Of a stretch of 64,000 bases of DNA, positions 28,523 through 41,800 are shown in pieces. The notes beneath the pieces were generated by a model. It was not told where the DNA came from. It made no database searches and saw nothing but the letters and a program-made list of their open reading frames with translations. Source of the stretch: Rhizophagus irregularis (Eukaryota); assembly GCF_026210795.1 (NCBI RefSeq), contig NC_089430.1:4464001-4528000 (forward strand). The letters run 5' to 3'. Numbering within the stretch: position 1 is the first letter of the stretch; each line of letters opens with the position of its first letter. A program made the position numbers and the translations under genes.

Positions 28523-29232
28523 GTTGATTAAATAAAAGTAAATAATATGAATTAATTATAATTATGTTTTTATTGCAGAAAGTAATATGCATTAATTATG
28601 TTTTTTGGCAGAAAGTTTAGCAGTCTAATGTATATGTGGGTTTTTAAATAAAAAGATTTGCTCTTACATAATCTTTAATAATACTGAATTGATATTACAT
28701 CTTCTTTGTTAATATTGCATTTTTTCAATAATTTTGCGTCAATATTACAAGAAGTAGCTTGATTTAGTAATGATAATCGACTTACTCATTTAGTGTCAAT
28801 TATTTTTATCAAAAAAAGAAAAAAAGATTATTAATATGGCACATATTGATATTATAATGTGATTTGCAATATATCGTAATTTACACATTTTTCCTTTATT
28901 AATCTAGAACATGTAATGCTTCTAATGTACAACACCATTTAGATATTGGTGTATGAATAAGAATGAAAAACATAGAAATCATTGTTTAACTTTGAGTCAT
29001 TTATAAAATGAGGTATAATGCATATAAGTGCATATCATATGAGTAATAAAGTATTCAAGACTGAAATAAGGATCATGTGTGACTTTATATGAACATTTTT
29101 TATTTAATGAATAAAATTTCTAAATTGAAACTTAATGATTAAGAAAAACTAATTGTCATTTGATACCTTGTATGTTTAAGAAAAATATGTTTTATAATTT
29201 GCACCGAGAATGAGGCGCAGTAACGAATTTTG

Positions 29233-29475
29233 GACTTCCCTAGCGTAACCTGAAAAAAATGTCACGAAATGGCCGGCATTACGCAACTTGACTGAAATTA
29301 AGTGTGGCGCACATGTGACTAATAATGTGTGATGAATAAGTTTTTACCTACTCGAAAAAAACTAAGTCCCTCAGATACTTATAGAAAATGGAAGCGCAGT
29401 GGGGTGTGACGGTTGTGACAAAAAAATGTCACGTGATTTTTCGTGACATTTTTTTCAGGTTACGCTGGGGAAGTC
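29233..29475. mobile_element. Mutator-like MITE, 243 bp, ~37 bp TIRs, 9 bp TSD CGAATTTTG
   Basis: GACTTCCCTAGCGTAACCTGAAAAAAATGTCACGAAA matches the reverse complement of the right end with one mismatch. CGAATTTTG at 29224-29232 and 29476-29484. Confidence 0.88.
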
Positions 29476-30349
29476 CGAATTTTGACTTCAGAAAGCCTCA
29501 TATAAAAATTATTATGCATATCTTTCAGGGCCGAAATTATAATAATACCAGTAAGCATCTATAAAAGAAAATAGTTTCCTGACTAGATTAGGATTCTCAA
29601 AATAATGGAAAGCAACCCCTGACAAACAACCTTTTGATAAATTATCCATAAAAGAAAAGGTCAACACCCCACATCCAATTTCAAGCTAATACAGTTCTGG
29701 TTAATGACATTTAATTTTTCTTATATAATGGCTCTTTTTTTACAATTTTTTCAGTCACACATTCATAGATTTTTTAGCTTATTTTTCAAATGTATATTTT
29801 AGCTAGAATGATTTTTAAACCAGCTTTCACCATTTTTAATAAAATTATTTTTATAATTTATATTTTTTTTAAAAAAAAAATTAAGGTTCTTTATGACCAT
29901 TATATATACAGTATGAATATAACAGTAATTACCTTAGGAAATTCTTCCATACTGTAAAAATAAAATTTATTTATAATAAATAAAATTAGTTATAAAAATG
30001 CGTACTCCTTTATGATCTTTTAATGAATAATACAATATTTTCATTCAATCATTTTAAAATGAAGTTTAAAATGACAATTTAAGGTTAACAAACGAGTTAT
30101 TAAAGTGAATTACTGTAAACCAACTATTATGATGTAAAGATTTTTCAAATTTCTTAATTAAGTAATCTACATCAGTATGATCCTTACATCCTACTTCACT
30201 AATATGATCTAAGAAAATAATAAACTCATATGAATCCTCATGAATTCTTATAATTTGAATTCATACGGATTCTAACATTTTATTTAGGTACAATTTTTTA
30301 TATGGTATAACCATATAAAAGAAATCGGAACGAATTTTTATATCATGTC

Positions 30350-30795
30350 TATTTCCCCTTTGCGTCCAATTATTTACATCATTTGTAATAGAAAGATGTT
30401 TTGTCAAACATCACTTTATTAAATAAAGAATTTCTCATGGAGTTTGGAATTAACAACATTAGTCAAAATTTTAGGATTCATACACTTTTTTTAAACAAGA
30501 AATCCAAATTTCCAATAATTGTTATTTGTTCATTTTTTTGATTTAAATCAAGATAATTTTTGAGTACATACGGAGATACTATATGCTTTGTTTTCTAAAA
30601 TTATCTTACCATCCTTTTTCTTGATTATTTATCAAGAAAAACTTGTACGAAAATATTTTGATCTATCAAGTAAAATAATTGAATATGTATTAACATCATT
30701 TTTATTGGCATAAATCTCTAGTATACTGTATAACCTTTCATAATCATTTAATGAAAGTTCAAATGTGCTTATATTCATGATTTTATTTTAGACAT
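30350..30795 (-). pseudogene. BTB/POZ(-BACK) domain gene relic
   Basis: Fragments NDYERL, YSIILLDRSKYFRTSFS*, KKKDGKIILE, ISPYVLK, DVNNWTQ follow the Glomeromycotina BTB pattern; stops and deletions. Confidence 0.5.
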
Positions 30796-31621
30796 ATTTA
30801 AGTTCATTTTTAATTTTTCTCTTTTAAATCTTTTAAAGTAAAATTAAATGGTGAACTTAATTACGATTCATACAATTACATAGAATTTTGTGATCAACTC
30901 AAAAATCTATTGTAGAGTGTAATAAATTACTTAGTAATATTGTATGTCTCACAACTTAATTTGAGATGATAATACTATAATAATTTATTAGTGTTATAAT
31001 ACGCAGTCTCTTTCAAAGTATCTTATCCTACATATTTTAATGTAAAGTGTTATAATAATAAAATTTCGATCGTAACGTCTTTAAATAAAAACCTTATTCA
31101 CGGCACTCAACGTTCGCATATCGATATCTTTCATAGATCTATCATGATTTAATTTTTTACATCATACATTTTTTTTTAAAAAGTGAGTTAGATAAATTCT
31201 TTTATTTCATGCCTTAAAAAGCGTTTCATGTCAGATGATCACATGATGAGGTTGTGTTTATTTACTGCAAATTTATTCTTTATAAATAAAGAATTATACG
31301 AACAAAGTTGTAGTGAATTAATTCGATATGATGAAAAATCTAAAAGTGTATTCTATAAATCAAGAATGATACTGTATTTTTGCTTCGCACGTGGCATTAT
31401 ACAACAAAAATGTAAATGACGAATACCTATACATTGGAGTATTGGACTATTACCTTTAATTTTAAAAAATAAAGATCAATTAATACTTTTTTTTAGATTC
31501 TGAATAGTAATAATCAAAATGAGAAATGCGAAATATTGTATAGAAACATCATTACTAACAAATATCATTAATATGTAAATCAAAAAAAAAAGAAACTTTT
31601 TTTTTATTTATTTATTAATTA

Positions 31622-34353
31622 TTATTCCAAATATTTTTGATTGCATCCATTAAACCACTATCATCATTCCTTTGACATACTTTAAAATTATTTTTATCAC
31701 TTTTATCATTACATAATTTACACCATTCTATTGGAGGGATCGAAAAGTTTTTGAGTTTTTTAGGTAATTCGATTATTTGACCTATCATACCAATATTTTG
31801 ATGCCACTAAAAAAAAAATATATTATTTTTATCGAATTAATTACTATATGTTAATAAAAATAGAGTGAAAAAAAAAAAAATTTTTTTGATAAATTATAAA
31901 AATATTATGACGTCTCTTACCACTATAGGATTACTAAATGTCCATATCCCAGGATTATCAAGAGTAAATTTTATAAGCGTCCATCTAATAATATTCATAT
32001 AGAAATTTAATATTATTTATTTGATAATTAATCAAACTAACGAATAAAAATTATCATTTTTGATTTTACCCTGATGATGGAACAGTCACTGTATCTCTTT
32101 TGATCGGATTGAAATAGTTTAAATCTGAATGTATGGGCGTTGAATTTGTCCCTTGTCCTAATACCCAAAATTTATGACCATGCTACAAAATAAATAATTA
32201 GATTAATGTAATAAATCAATAATCAATCGATAACTTATCAGAATTTAAAATAATTTACCAAATAAAAAACTTGATCGAGATCATCATTATCTAAAAAAGT
32301 AAAGTAAGAATAAGAAACCTTTTTGATTTAAAAAATTCAATTTTTTATATTAGAAATGTTTGTGACGTCATTAGTATAATACTTACTTTTCAATAATAAA
32401 TCAATAGTTAATTTTCTTTTGAATACATAAATATTCAAATAAAATGGAAAAAATTTTATTTTTCCTTCCAATAATAATTTCAAAGTATTTGTTCTCTTGT
32501 CTGGATTATAAATAGATACGCCCCTATGTACACTATTAATTGATCCATAAAAAAGTTCGATATCATCATTAAAACCTTTATGATTAAAATTCAAAGTTTT
32601 TTGTTCATTAATTTTTTCAATAATAAAATCAAATTCATAATAAGTCGTATTTTCTGGTAAAATTTCTTGAGAGTATGATTTTAAATCAAGAGGATTTAAA
32701 TCAATTAAAGGAAACATCAAAGAAGATTGTTGTAACGTCCAAGATAATGTCGAAGGTAATGATTTATCATTTTCTTTTTTACTATATCGAATTATTGCTC
32801 TAAGTTCTGTCGGAAATAAATTTGACGTAGAATAAGGTGATGTGGAACGAAATGATTTCTTTGCGAATTCAGCGCGTAGATAAAAATTTAAAGTTGATGT
32901 GTATTGAGGGAGACGAATTGGGATTATTGAATATCGTTGTCCTACGTGAATTGGTAAGCGATGGAATTTACTTGAGGGGGTTGTAGGTACACCATCAACT
33001 TCTATTACTTGAAGCATATGTTCATCAATTGAAAGAAAAAATGATGTCATGGCACTAAAAAGTAGTAGTATTTTAATGGTTAAAATGAAAATGTTGAATA
33101 TTAATATTCTTAAATAAACGTATTAGAAATTACCTCGTATTTATTATTCGAAGACGATTTTTTTTGTTAGGTTCAATATAAAATTCTTCAACACTTAATG
33201 ATTCAAAGTTACAATTTTCTTTCTTTATTGGGTCGTCCATACAATTAAAAATTCCTTTACCATTTATTAACCCACTATTAGGAATTGGCTAAAATAAAAA
33301 TTTATATGATTTAATTAAAAAATAAAACTTAATTTGGTATTAGATAATTAAAAAATTCATTATGTTACCTCGAAAATTGATGTGTTATTATTATATCGAT
33401 AATTCTTTAATAGAATCGAAGATTCATCATGATACCAGTCTGATAGAAAAATTGTTTTTTCGTCATCATAATTATAATATCGAGATTCATCCGGATCTTT
33501 CACGATCAATGAACCATATAGTCCATCCGCACGTTGTGTTTCATAATGTGAATAGCTTAAAAAAATAAAAAATAAAAGTCAGGAACATTGTTATAGGAAA
33601 TTAAAAACTCTGCGCCTCATTATCACATTTTACTTACTACCAATAGGTTCCAGGATGTGTAGCTTCGAATTCATAAATAAAACTGCTTCCATTTTGAATC
33701 GGACATTGAGTGACATAAGGAACTCCATCCATGTAAACCGTTTCCTTATGAATCATTCCATGAACATGAATTGTTGTAGAACGACCAATATAGTTTGTTA
33801 TATTAATTCTAACCGTATCTCCTTTATCAACAATTATTTCTGGACCCGGAAATTGATTATTTATTGTATATATATTACGAATGAATCCATCAGGTGATTT
33901 TGTTTCATTGCGAAGAACCAAATTGAATGTCTTGTAATTTTTTATTTTTATTGGTTTTGTCGTTTCAGGTTGTGATTCTTCAAACTGAGAATTTGAAGGA
34001 GTTGACTCTGCTATCTTTTCTGGTGATTCTGAGGGGATTGAATTTGAATTTTGTGAATTTATTTCAGGTTGTGGATTTAAATTTGAATTTGATTGACCAT
34101 TTGGTAACGAAGGTGTTGAATTTGAATCATGATTATTAGGTAATTTTTTTGGTCTATCGTTAATCGTATCTTTTAAAGGAATTTTAGATTCTTTTAAAGA
34201 ACCTTGCTTAGTTTCTTCCACAGGAACATCAATGATCATAATTTCGGTAGATGCGAAAAACCAAAGGATTACAGATAATCCGAGTAAAACTATACTACTG
34301 ACGACAAACAATTTCATTCTCCTTTTAAAAAGAAATTTCTTTTCACCTCTCAT
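31622..34353 (-). CDS. Multicopper-oxidase-like protein with N-terminal signal-anchor, Ser/Pro/Asn-rich stalk and degenerate copper sites
   Basis: Spliced motifs: INNQFPGP, HVHG, DGVPYVTQCPI, GTYWYYSH, SGLINGKG, RLRIINT, GQRYS, QVFYLHGH, NPIKRDT, DNPGIWTFSNPIVWHQNIGM. Frame open to TAA at 31622. Confidence 0.85.
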
Positions 34354-35070
34354 TTTTTTGAATCTAATTTTTCTTTTTTTTTGTGATTATCCGAATAAAA
34401 AAAAAAATTTATTTATCGGAAATTCAAATTATTATTATTATTATTTTTTTTTTGTAGTTTGATAGACATTAATTTTTTTTTAGTACATTAGATGACTAGA
34501 AAAAAAAAGGTTTATAAAAACAAACATTTTTAGAAGTTTATGGCTTTTACATTTGTATAAACTTGTTTTTTCATAGTTACATAGCCTAATTTTTAATATT
34601 TTAACATAAGCCTCAATAGAATGAAAAATCAACTTCGTATAAATAACACAACATATTTATATTGGTCGATCATTTACAATTTGTGAAACCGTACGTCGCA
34701 GTCGTCGGACGCAGCTAAAAAAATTTTTTGCTTAATACTAGTTTAGCAAAGATATTTCAAATTCACGAATAAAAATCTTCGGTTGATTATATTTCCTTAC
34801 CTGTTGTTCAGAGAATTATTGATTTATATAGAAATCTTTTAAATTGTAATTAAAGCAATAATAGTAAAAATAACTACAATTTATGGTTAAAAAAAAGCAA
34901 ATAAGATAACCGCAATTGCAACACGACATTAATTTTGAAGATTTTACAATTTTAACTTATCATGCAGAACAAATTTTACTATAATATAAATAGAAAAATT
35001 CTTTAAAAGATTGGTTTCGCAAAGACAGAATTTTCAATCTTTGAAAAAATATATATATTTTTTTATAATA

Positions 35071-35860
35071 TACAGAGGTGAGAGGTCGGCAAAATTATCT
35101 GACCACTTTTTTTTTCCAAAATAACTATACAGATTATCACGATATAAAATAAACATAATTTTGTATTGATAATTACATTATTCAATAAACAAATTTTTAT
35201 GCTTTAATTGCTCCGTGTCATTTCAGAATTTTTTGGAAATATTTAACTATTTATTACATAAATTTTTACAATTTGCATAACAAAAAATTTAAAAGATTTA
35301 AAATACCATAATTCGATCAATATCAATCAGATCATGCTGAATTTACCACCATTTGAATTGTCTTAATGAGACGAATCTAATGAGCTAAAAATTTATGAAA
35401 ATCCAATTACTACAACAAAAGATATCATAGAGAATATCTAAACTCAAATGTCTAGACAATTAAAAGTGTAATTACATGTTAAATATTGATCCCACAAATA
35501 CCGTTCGAATCCTTTCAATGAGACGAATGTAATGAATCTAGAATCATGAGAATCCAATCACTAGATACCAAAAAACACAATTTTTAAATTTTAAACTATG
35601 CAAACCCTACACAAACTTCAAAGACTTAGATAGTATTTACATTTGTATAAAACCCATAATCATAAATAATACTATTCTATAAATCTTTATAAATCTTATG
35701 CAATATTATGTTATTATGTCCTATTAAATTTCATGAAAAAACTACTTGAAAAGTACATTAAGGATGCATAGAAAAATATTTTTCTGAATATTATAAAAAT
35801 CATTTCCACAGGATTGAAGCAGTTATTGTTGCAAATGGGAATAGAATATTATTAAATTTT
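35071..35860 (+). mobile_element. Tc1/mariner-like deletion derivative
   Basis: Begins TACAG; contains RIEAVIVANG (~35811-35840), matching the Tc1 C-terminal motif, and an internal repeat AATGAGACGAAT at ~35366 and ~35517. Right TIR not found. Confidence 0.4.
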
Positions 35861-35940
35861 TATTTAAATTAATAAATATAAACACAATTTTAACTTAAAC
35901 TTTATCTTCAATATATTATATATGTAATTTTTTTAGCCAA

Positions 35941-36445
35941 AGGGACGTTTCGCAGAAGGGACGTTTCGCCGAAACCATTTCGCCGAAAGCCATTTCACCG
36001 AATTCCATTTCACCGAAGCCATTTCGCCGAAAATGATAGAAATGATAGAGATTATCACTTTTATTAAAATATTAATCGCGCAATGAAAATAAAATAATGA
36101 TTCTTTTTTATTTATTTATTACATCAAGAACCTTAATAGATATTCTGATTTACACTCGAATATACAAATAATAAATGTAATAATAAAACTTAGACGTTAA
36201 TTCGATTATTGATCGAGCACTTTAAAATTTTCATTTTTTAGTTTCTATTTTACATTCTTTTGCCACGTCACCTATTTTTGCAATAAAAATAAAAATTTAA
36301 ATAAACGTTTAAACAAAAATTTTAAGTGTCTTTCATCTATGATATGATCACTTTAAAGATCCATTCGGCGAAATGGCTTCGGCGAAACGTCCATTCAGCG
36401 AAATGGAATCGGTGAAATGACTTTCGGCGAAATGTCCTGATACCA
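35941..36445. mobile_element. Foldback-type MITE whose arms are tandem CATTTCGCCGAA units
   Basis: About six (C/G)ATTTCGCCGAA-type units at 35941-36031 and inverted TTCGGCGAAATG-type units at 36363-36435. Left terminus appears clipped; no TSD seen. Confidence 0.75.
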
Positions 36446-37109
36446 TTTATACAAGTGTAACTATTCAGTTTTTCTTTAATTTTAAAAAACACTTATTAAT
36501 AAGTTCAATTTTATTTGATAGAATCCTTACAAATTGATATTTCTTAATCGATAATTAGTGATACAAGTGTGTATAATGATAACTTTATTTAATTGGCTTC
36601 ATTTTTCATTCAAATCCATTATTTGCAATTTTATTTTCTCATATACGGTAAACCATTGAAAACGAAGAATTGTTAGTTAATTACTAAAAAAAATATTATA
36701 CTATGAATTATTTTTATTAAAAAAGTAAATATAATAGTTCTTCTATGAATTGACATGACAATAGACATTTTAATAAAGAAAAATTTTTTTTCCAATGAAT
36801 TTTCAATAAACATTTTAATAGAAAAAAAAAAAATTTTTTTTGAAGAATAGATTTTTTATTACTTATATTTTTTTTCAATGACCTTAGTCAAATAAAGTTA
36901 AGCAATATTTCACAAGATTTTTCGGAATTCTCTAATTAAATTATACCGAGAAATTTTTCTCTCAAAGTCCCAAAGTACAAATTAATTTTGATAAATTAGC
37001 CAAATCCCGATTAGTGGTTTTGTAATAATGTTTTTCTTTTTATGTCATGATTTATAAACTATTATGTAATAAACTAAAAAATACATTTTATTGCCACATG
37101 TTTTGGAAG

Positions 37110-37185
37110 ATTCACATTCAGGTAATAAACTTCAGGAAAAGGTATATTCAGGAAAATTGTATTCAGAAAATGGTCCGATAAGGCC
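37110..37185 (-). mobile_element. Solo terminal fragment of the MULE family at 46797
   Basis: Reverse complement GCCTTATCGGACCATTTTCTGAATACAATTTTCCTGAATATACC matches 46797-46840. Confidence 0.7.
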
Positions 37186-38037
37186 TTCCGATAGACTTGT
37201 AAATAAAAATTGTTAATAGGTTTAAATAATATATTAGACAACAAAATATAAATAAACTTCAATTTTTAATCTCTACATCCTTTACTATATTACGTTAACT
37301 AATAATGTATGTATTATAATAAGAATTTTTACTTTTCTTTTGGATATCCTGAAATAAGTTTTTCTTAAAATGATTTGGCCGTTTTATGAAGTCGAATTTT
37401 GAATAAAATCTTTTAGAGTTGCTAAATCTTAGGTATGGGTCGAAAACATTTTTCTTTCTATTCATTGCAGTAAACAAGTGATTATCTTAAATGATTGAAT
37501 TACCATAATTGGAAATTCAGATATTTGTATATATTCTATTTATTTAGTAAGTTTCGATATTCGTTGCAAATATTTATCTTTTATTTCATTTTAAAACTAG
37601 AGCGAATATAGTAAATGTGATTCTTATTATGATATACTAAGAATTTTATAGACTATTGTATTTTTTTTTCATTTTATCTGGAAATTAATATTCTAAAATG
37701 TCTAAAATTTGAATCTTATTATGGAATATTCTATCATGCAAATATTTTTAAAAATGAGTAGTATATATATATATGACAAATTTTCGCCAAAAAAAATAAA
37801 TAAATAAATAAATAAATAAATACATGAATTTTTAATAAATATATACCTACTGGCTATTACCTACCTACTTATATTTTTATTAAGTTGTACGTGATAATAT
37901 AATATACCAACCAATACCAGAACACTACGTCCCGCATTTCCTCTATAAAATATTAAAACGAAACGAAACCCAGCCAACTAATCTAAAATATTTATAAAAT
38001 TAGTAAAGTCTAAGTCGATTTAAAAGTAAATAGTAAT

Positions 38038-38823
38038 ATGAGTAATTTATGTGAGCAGATTTATAAGGACAAACTTCAAAGTAATCTCTCTATAGATAAA
38101 AAATTGTGTTGTGGTGATGCTGGCTGTTTTAATCACGACACTTGTTATTATCCTTCAATTTTGGTTATGTGTCGCGCGATTATTAATGCAGGTGCCTGTG
38201 AAAGGGGTAGTCAGCCTGATATTAAAGAATGGAATAATACTTTAGCTAGAGAATTTTGCGGTAATGAAAAAAATATAAGCAAACATATTTGTGTTTCAAC
38301 TAATTCCACAATTCATGGTCCTGACTTAGATGGAGAACTTAACTGGATAGTTAATCGAACTAGTAACTTAGGAGACTCTTGTCAATCATGTACTTGCTGT
38401 GATGAACGTAAACAATGTATCAGACTACCTGTGAATTGTGCTCATGCTTGTAATTCGACTACCGTATTGAATAATTGTAAATCCCTCCCTAATCAGCACT
38501 CAAAAACAGGGTTGAGTTGTGATGATTTATTTGGATCAGGAAGTTGTTGACTTTATGATATTAGCACTGGCAAAGAAATTACCGATGATGGCCGTCTAAA
38601 AGCTCCTTTGCTTTATAAATCAGAAGTATGTGACTTTACCGTCCCTAGTAATAATACTAACCCTAATGGTATTGGTACTGATTCTGGTCTTAGTACTTCG
38701 GATAAGATTGGTATTGTTTTTGGTGTCCTTTCGTTCATTGTGGGAGTAATTGGTATAATAAAATGGAAAACAATAAAGAGATGTTTCAGAAATTTCGGAA
38801 ATAGCCGACGACAACAACAATAA
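38038..38823 (+). pseudogene. Cysteine-rich single-pass membrane protein with an in-frame TGA at 38548-38550
   Basis: ORFs 38038 and 38608 share a frame (offset 570) with only one stop between them. Cys-rich region followed by IGIVFGVLSFIVGVIGII and a basic tail. Confidence 0.65.
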
Positions 38824-41800
38824 CCAATAATATCAGACCAGAGAATAATCAATAGTATTCATAACATTGTAATTGTATTTTATTTATTTTATTTCCTATT
38901 TTAACGTTATTTATAAATCTTAAACTTATTTAATTATGATTCTCTCCAGTTTTAGACAATTTTTTCATACATAATTTAATACAAAACTTCTTATTATTTT
39001 TTTTTTACATATAATATAAAAATTTTAGAGACTAGACGTATCACTTTTACAATAAATGACACAGATTTTACGATCTTTAACTTTTTTTTGAGTTGTAATA
39101 CGTTAGAAAATAATAATTGCGTAGCATATGATCCTAATAGACCTAAACCATTAAATAACATTGTTTTCATAGTTCATATTATTAATAGTCTTTTAATTAA
39201 ACAATTTGTAAAAAATAGTTATCATGATTTTCTCATGAGAATTGAATTTATGGATAAGATTAACATAATTTCAATGTTATAAAACGGAAGAAACCGGTGT
39301 AGAATTACATACTTACCGTATTTAAAGAAACGTAATTCCGGTCAACCATCAGGTATTTGGTATAGCTTAGCTATTTTTGGCCGTCAAACGACCATGTGAC
39401 TATATTACTAACATATCTTAATTAATATTTTTTTGCTAATCCCTTTAAAACATAATTTTATTTTGTTTCAAAGTAAATTGAAACTCAAATTGGCGTACAA
39501 ATTTCATTTGTATGTGAATGATCAGTAAATATTACATTGTGCAGTACAATATAATTAACGTGACTATAATAAGCCTTTGTTTTCATTCATTTTTGAACAT
39601 GCCAGAGTTATTCCAGGACCCATTATAGATTCTGGTAAACTAAAATTAAATAAAAGGAATTTTATTAATCCGGGAAGATCGTGTCCAGAAAAAAAAATAG
39701 ATCATCCATGGCGTTTTGTTGAGCGAAATCCGATGGTTAAACTAAATGGGTTCATTTATTCCCTATAATACTGCTTGCTCCTAAAACGGATCAAACGGAT
39801 CAGATGAGATCGGCATGTTTACATTATTTCGGTAATGAATCGGTTGTCAATAAAAAATAACAAACGTGTGACAGTCGATCATAATGATATGTTAATGATA
39901 AAAATGAAGGAATAAATTTTATTACAATTTGGAATAAATTTGACGAAACATTAGTTAAAAATCATGTGTTTATTGTAAAATTACTAAACTTTGACAATCA
40001 GTTAACTTTTTCTTCAGGAGACCACTATATTTTGAATCTTTACGTAATGTACATATAAGTTCGCTGTGTCACACAAATTGATACAAACGCTACTTATAAT
40101 AAAATATTCTAATTTATTATTATGTCGGTTTAACATTCCTTTCTAAGAATTAAATGTTATGATGATTGTCAATGTTTATTAACTGCTTCTCTATGATTGT
40201 GTTTCCTTATAATCTTTAGCTACCGGTTTTAATTTATTATATGGAATGATCTGATAAATTTTAAATTTTACTTTTTACAGGAGATTCTGAATTTAAGATT
40301 GATCATTAATTTTATCTATAACAATGAGGCATTCTTTTTTAATAATTACCTATCATGAATCGCAACATAATATTTTTTTAAAACCAATTACTTATAATGA
40401 ATCGCCACATAATACGTGAAACAAATTTTGCAGACCTCTAGCTATAAATATAAAAAAATTAGCCACCAAGAGGCATAACTTCATATGCACATTTAATATG
40501 AAAGCTATATCTCGTGATCGGTAGATCACAATAAACGCTTAATTTTGTCCACTAAAATCGGTAACATAAATTAAGCGAAAACTCGGTTAAATTCGGTAAT
40601 TTATTCCTCAATGATGAGGAATGGAAACTTATGATAATAATAAATACAGTCATCATTTTTCAAGTTCTGGCTGTATCACAACTGAAAGAAGACAATAATG
40701 ATAACAGATAATAAATTATTAATTATGATTTCTCGATTATCAAAATTATTCAATAATTTTGATTGGTATCGTACTAGTAATTTGTGTGGCAGAGTATTAT
40801 TACAAATATTTTACTCGTGTCAATGGTCTCTTTCCCATTGAAAATTTGCCTCAATTAATTTGACATCGTGGAAATTTCAAAAAAAAATTTCGAAAGAATT
40901 CATATGGTGACATAATTGAAATCCAATTGACTACTATATTTATAAATAGAATTGAATATAATGAAAAGATTTTAACAGCTTCAACAAAATATTTATATGT
41001 TAAGAAAGTTTGCTGATTCATATACTAACGGATATCAAAGATTTAGGAGTTTCGGAAAGGGAATAGTATTAAATCAAGATTTTCATGTCATTGCTTACGT
41101 GTTTTATCATAGCTAATCATGAACTTTTCAACGAAAAGTTATTGGGGTAAATTATATCTTAACAAAGGTAAATAAAAAAATGTGATTCCTCTGCATAGTT
41201 TAATCAATTTACTAATTAAATTATTTCAAATTATTAATAATCTTATACAATGACGGAATATTTAATAGTTCATTGATGATGAAAAAGCAGAACGCCAGAA
41301 GCAACAGTCGATGAGACTGTAAAAATAGTTAATGTAACTTATTAACATGTTCATATTTTATCATTTTTCAATTTATTTCTCCTTTCTTACGACATTATGT
41401 CCCATAAATCAGATGTTAATTCAAAACGCAAAATTTCGAATCACTGGACAAGAAATGAAAATACACCACTAGAAAAATCTTTTCCAAATGATATGTTGAT
41501 ATCGGCCATTGCTGTGATAACTCGTGATGGCTAATTAGTGACGAAACTAAAAGACCTATGACTGATACTGAAATTCGTGGCGTTAATATTTGGTAGACTG
41601 ATACAGTTAGTGAAAAATTTATAAATCTTTGATTTGGATATTATATTAATAATTTATTTTTGATTACCTTTAAAACATGTTTGTTGAGGATTAAGAAAGA
41701 AAGTTGGTAACAATTGAATTTTGGTTGATATGAAATCTTCCTTAAAATCTAAATCTACTCTTATGACTATTTGCACTGTATAATTAAACCAGGAAATTAA

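Noticed and set aside
38548..38550. Selenocysteine TGA
   Set aside because: No SECIS-like stem-loop recognised downstream, and other lesions upstream favour pseudogenisation.
40500..41760. Coding-like decayed sequence including NDMLISAIAVITRD (PIN-like)
   Set aside because: Too fragmented; a single short motif is not enough to assign a family.
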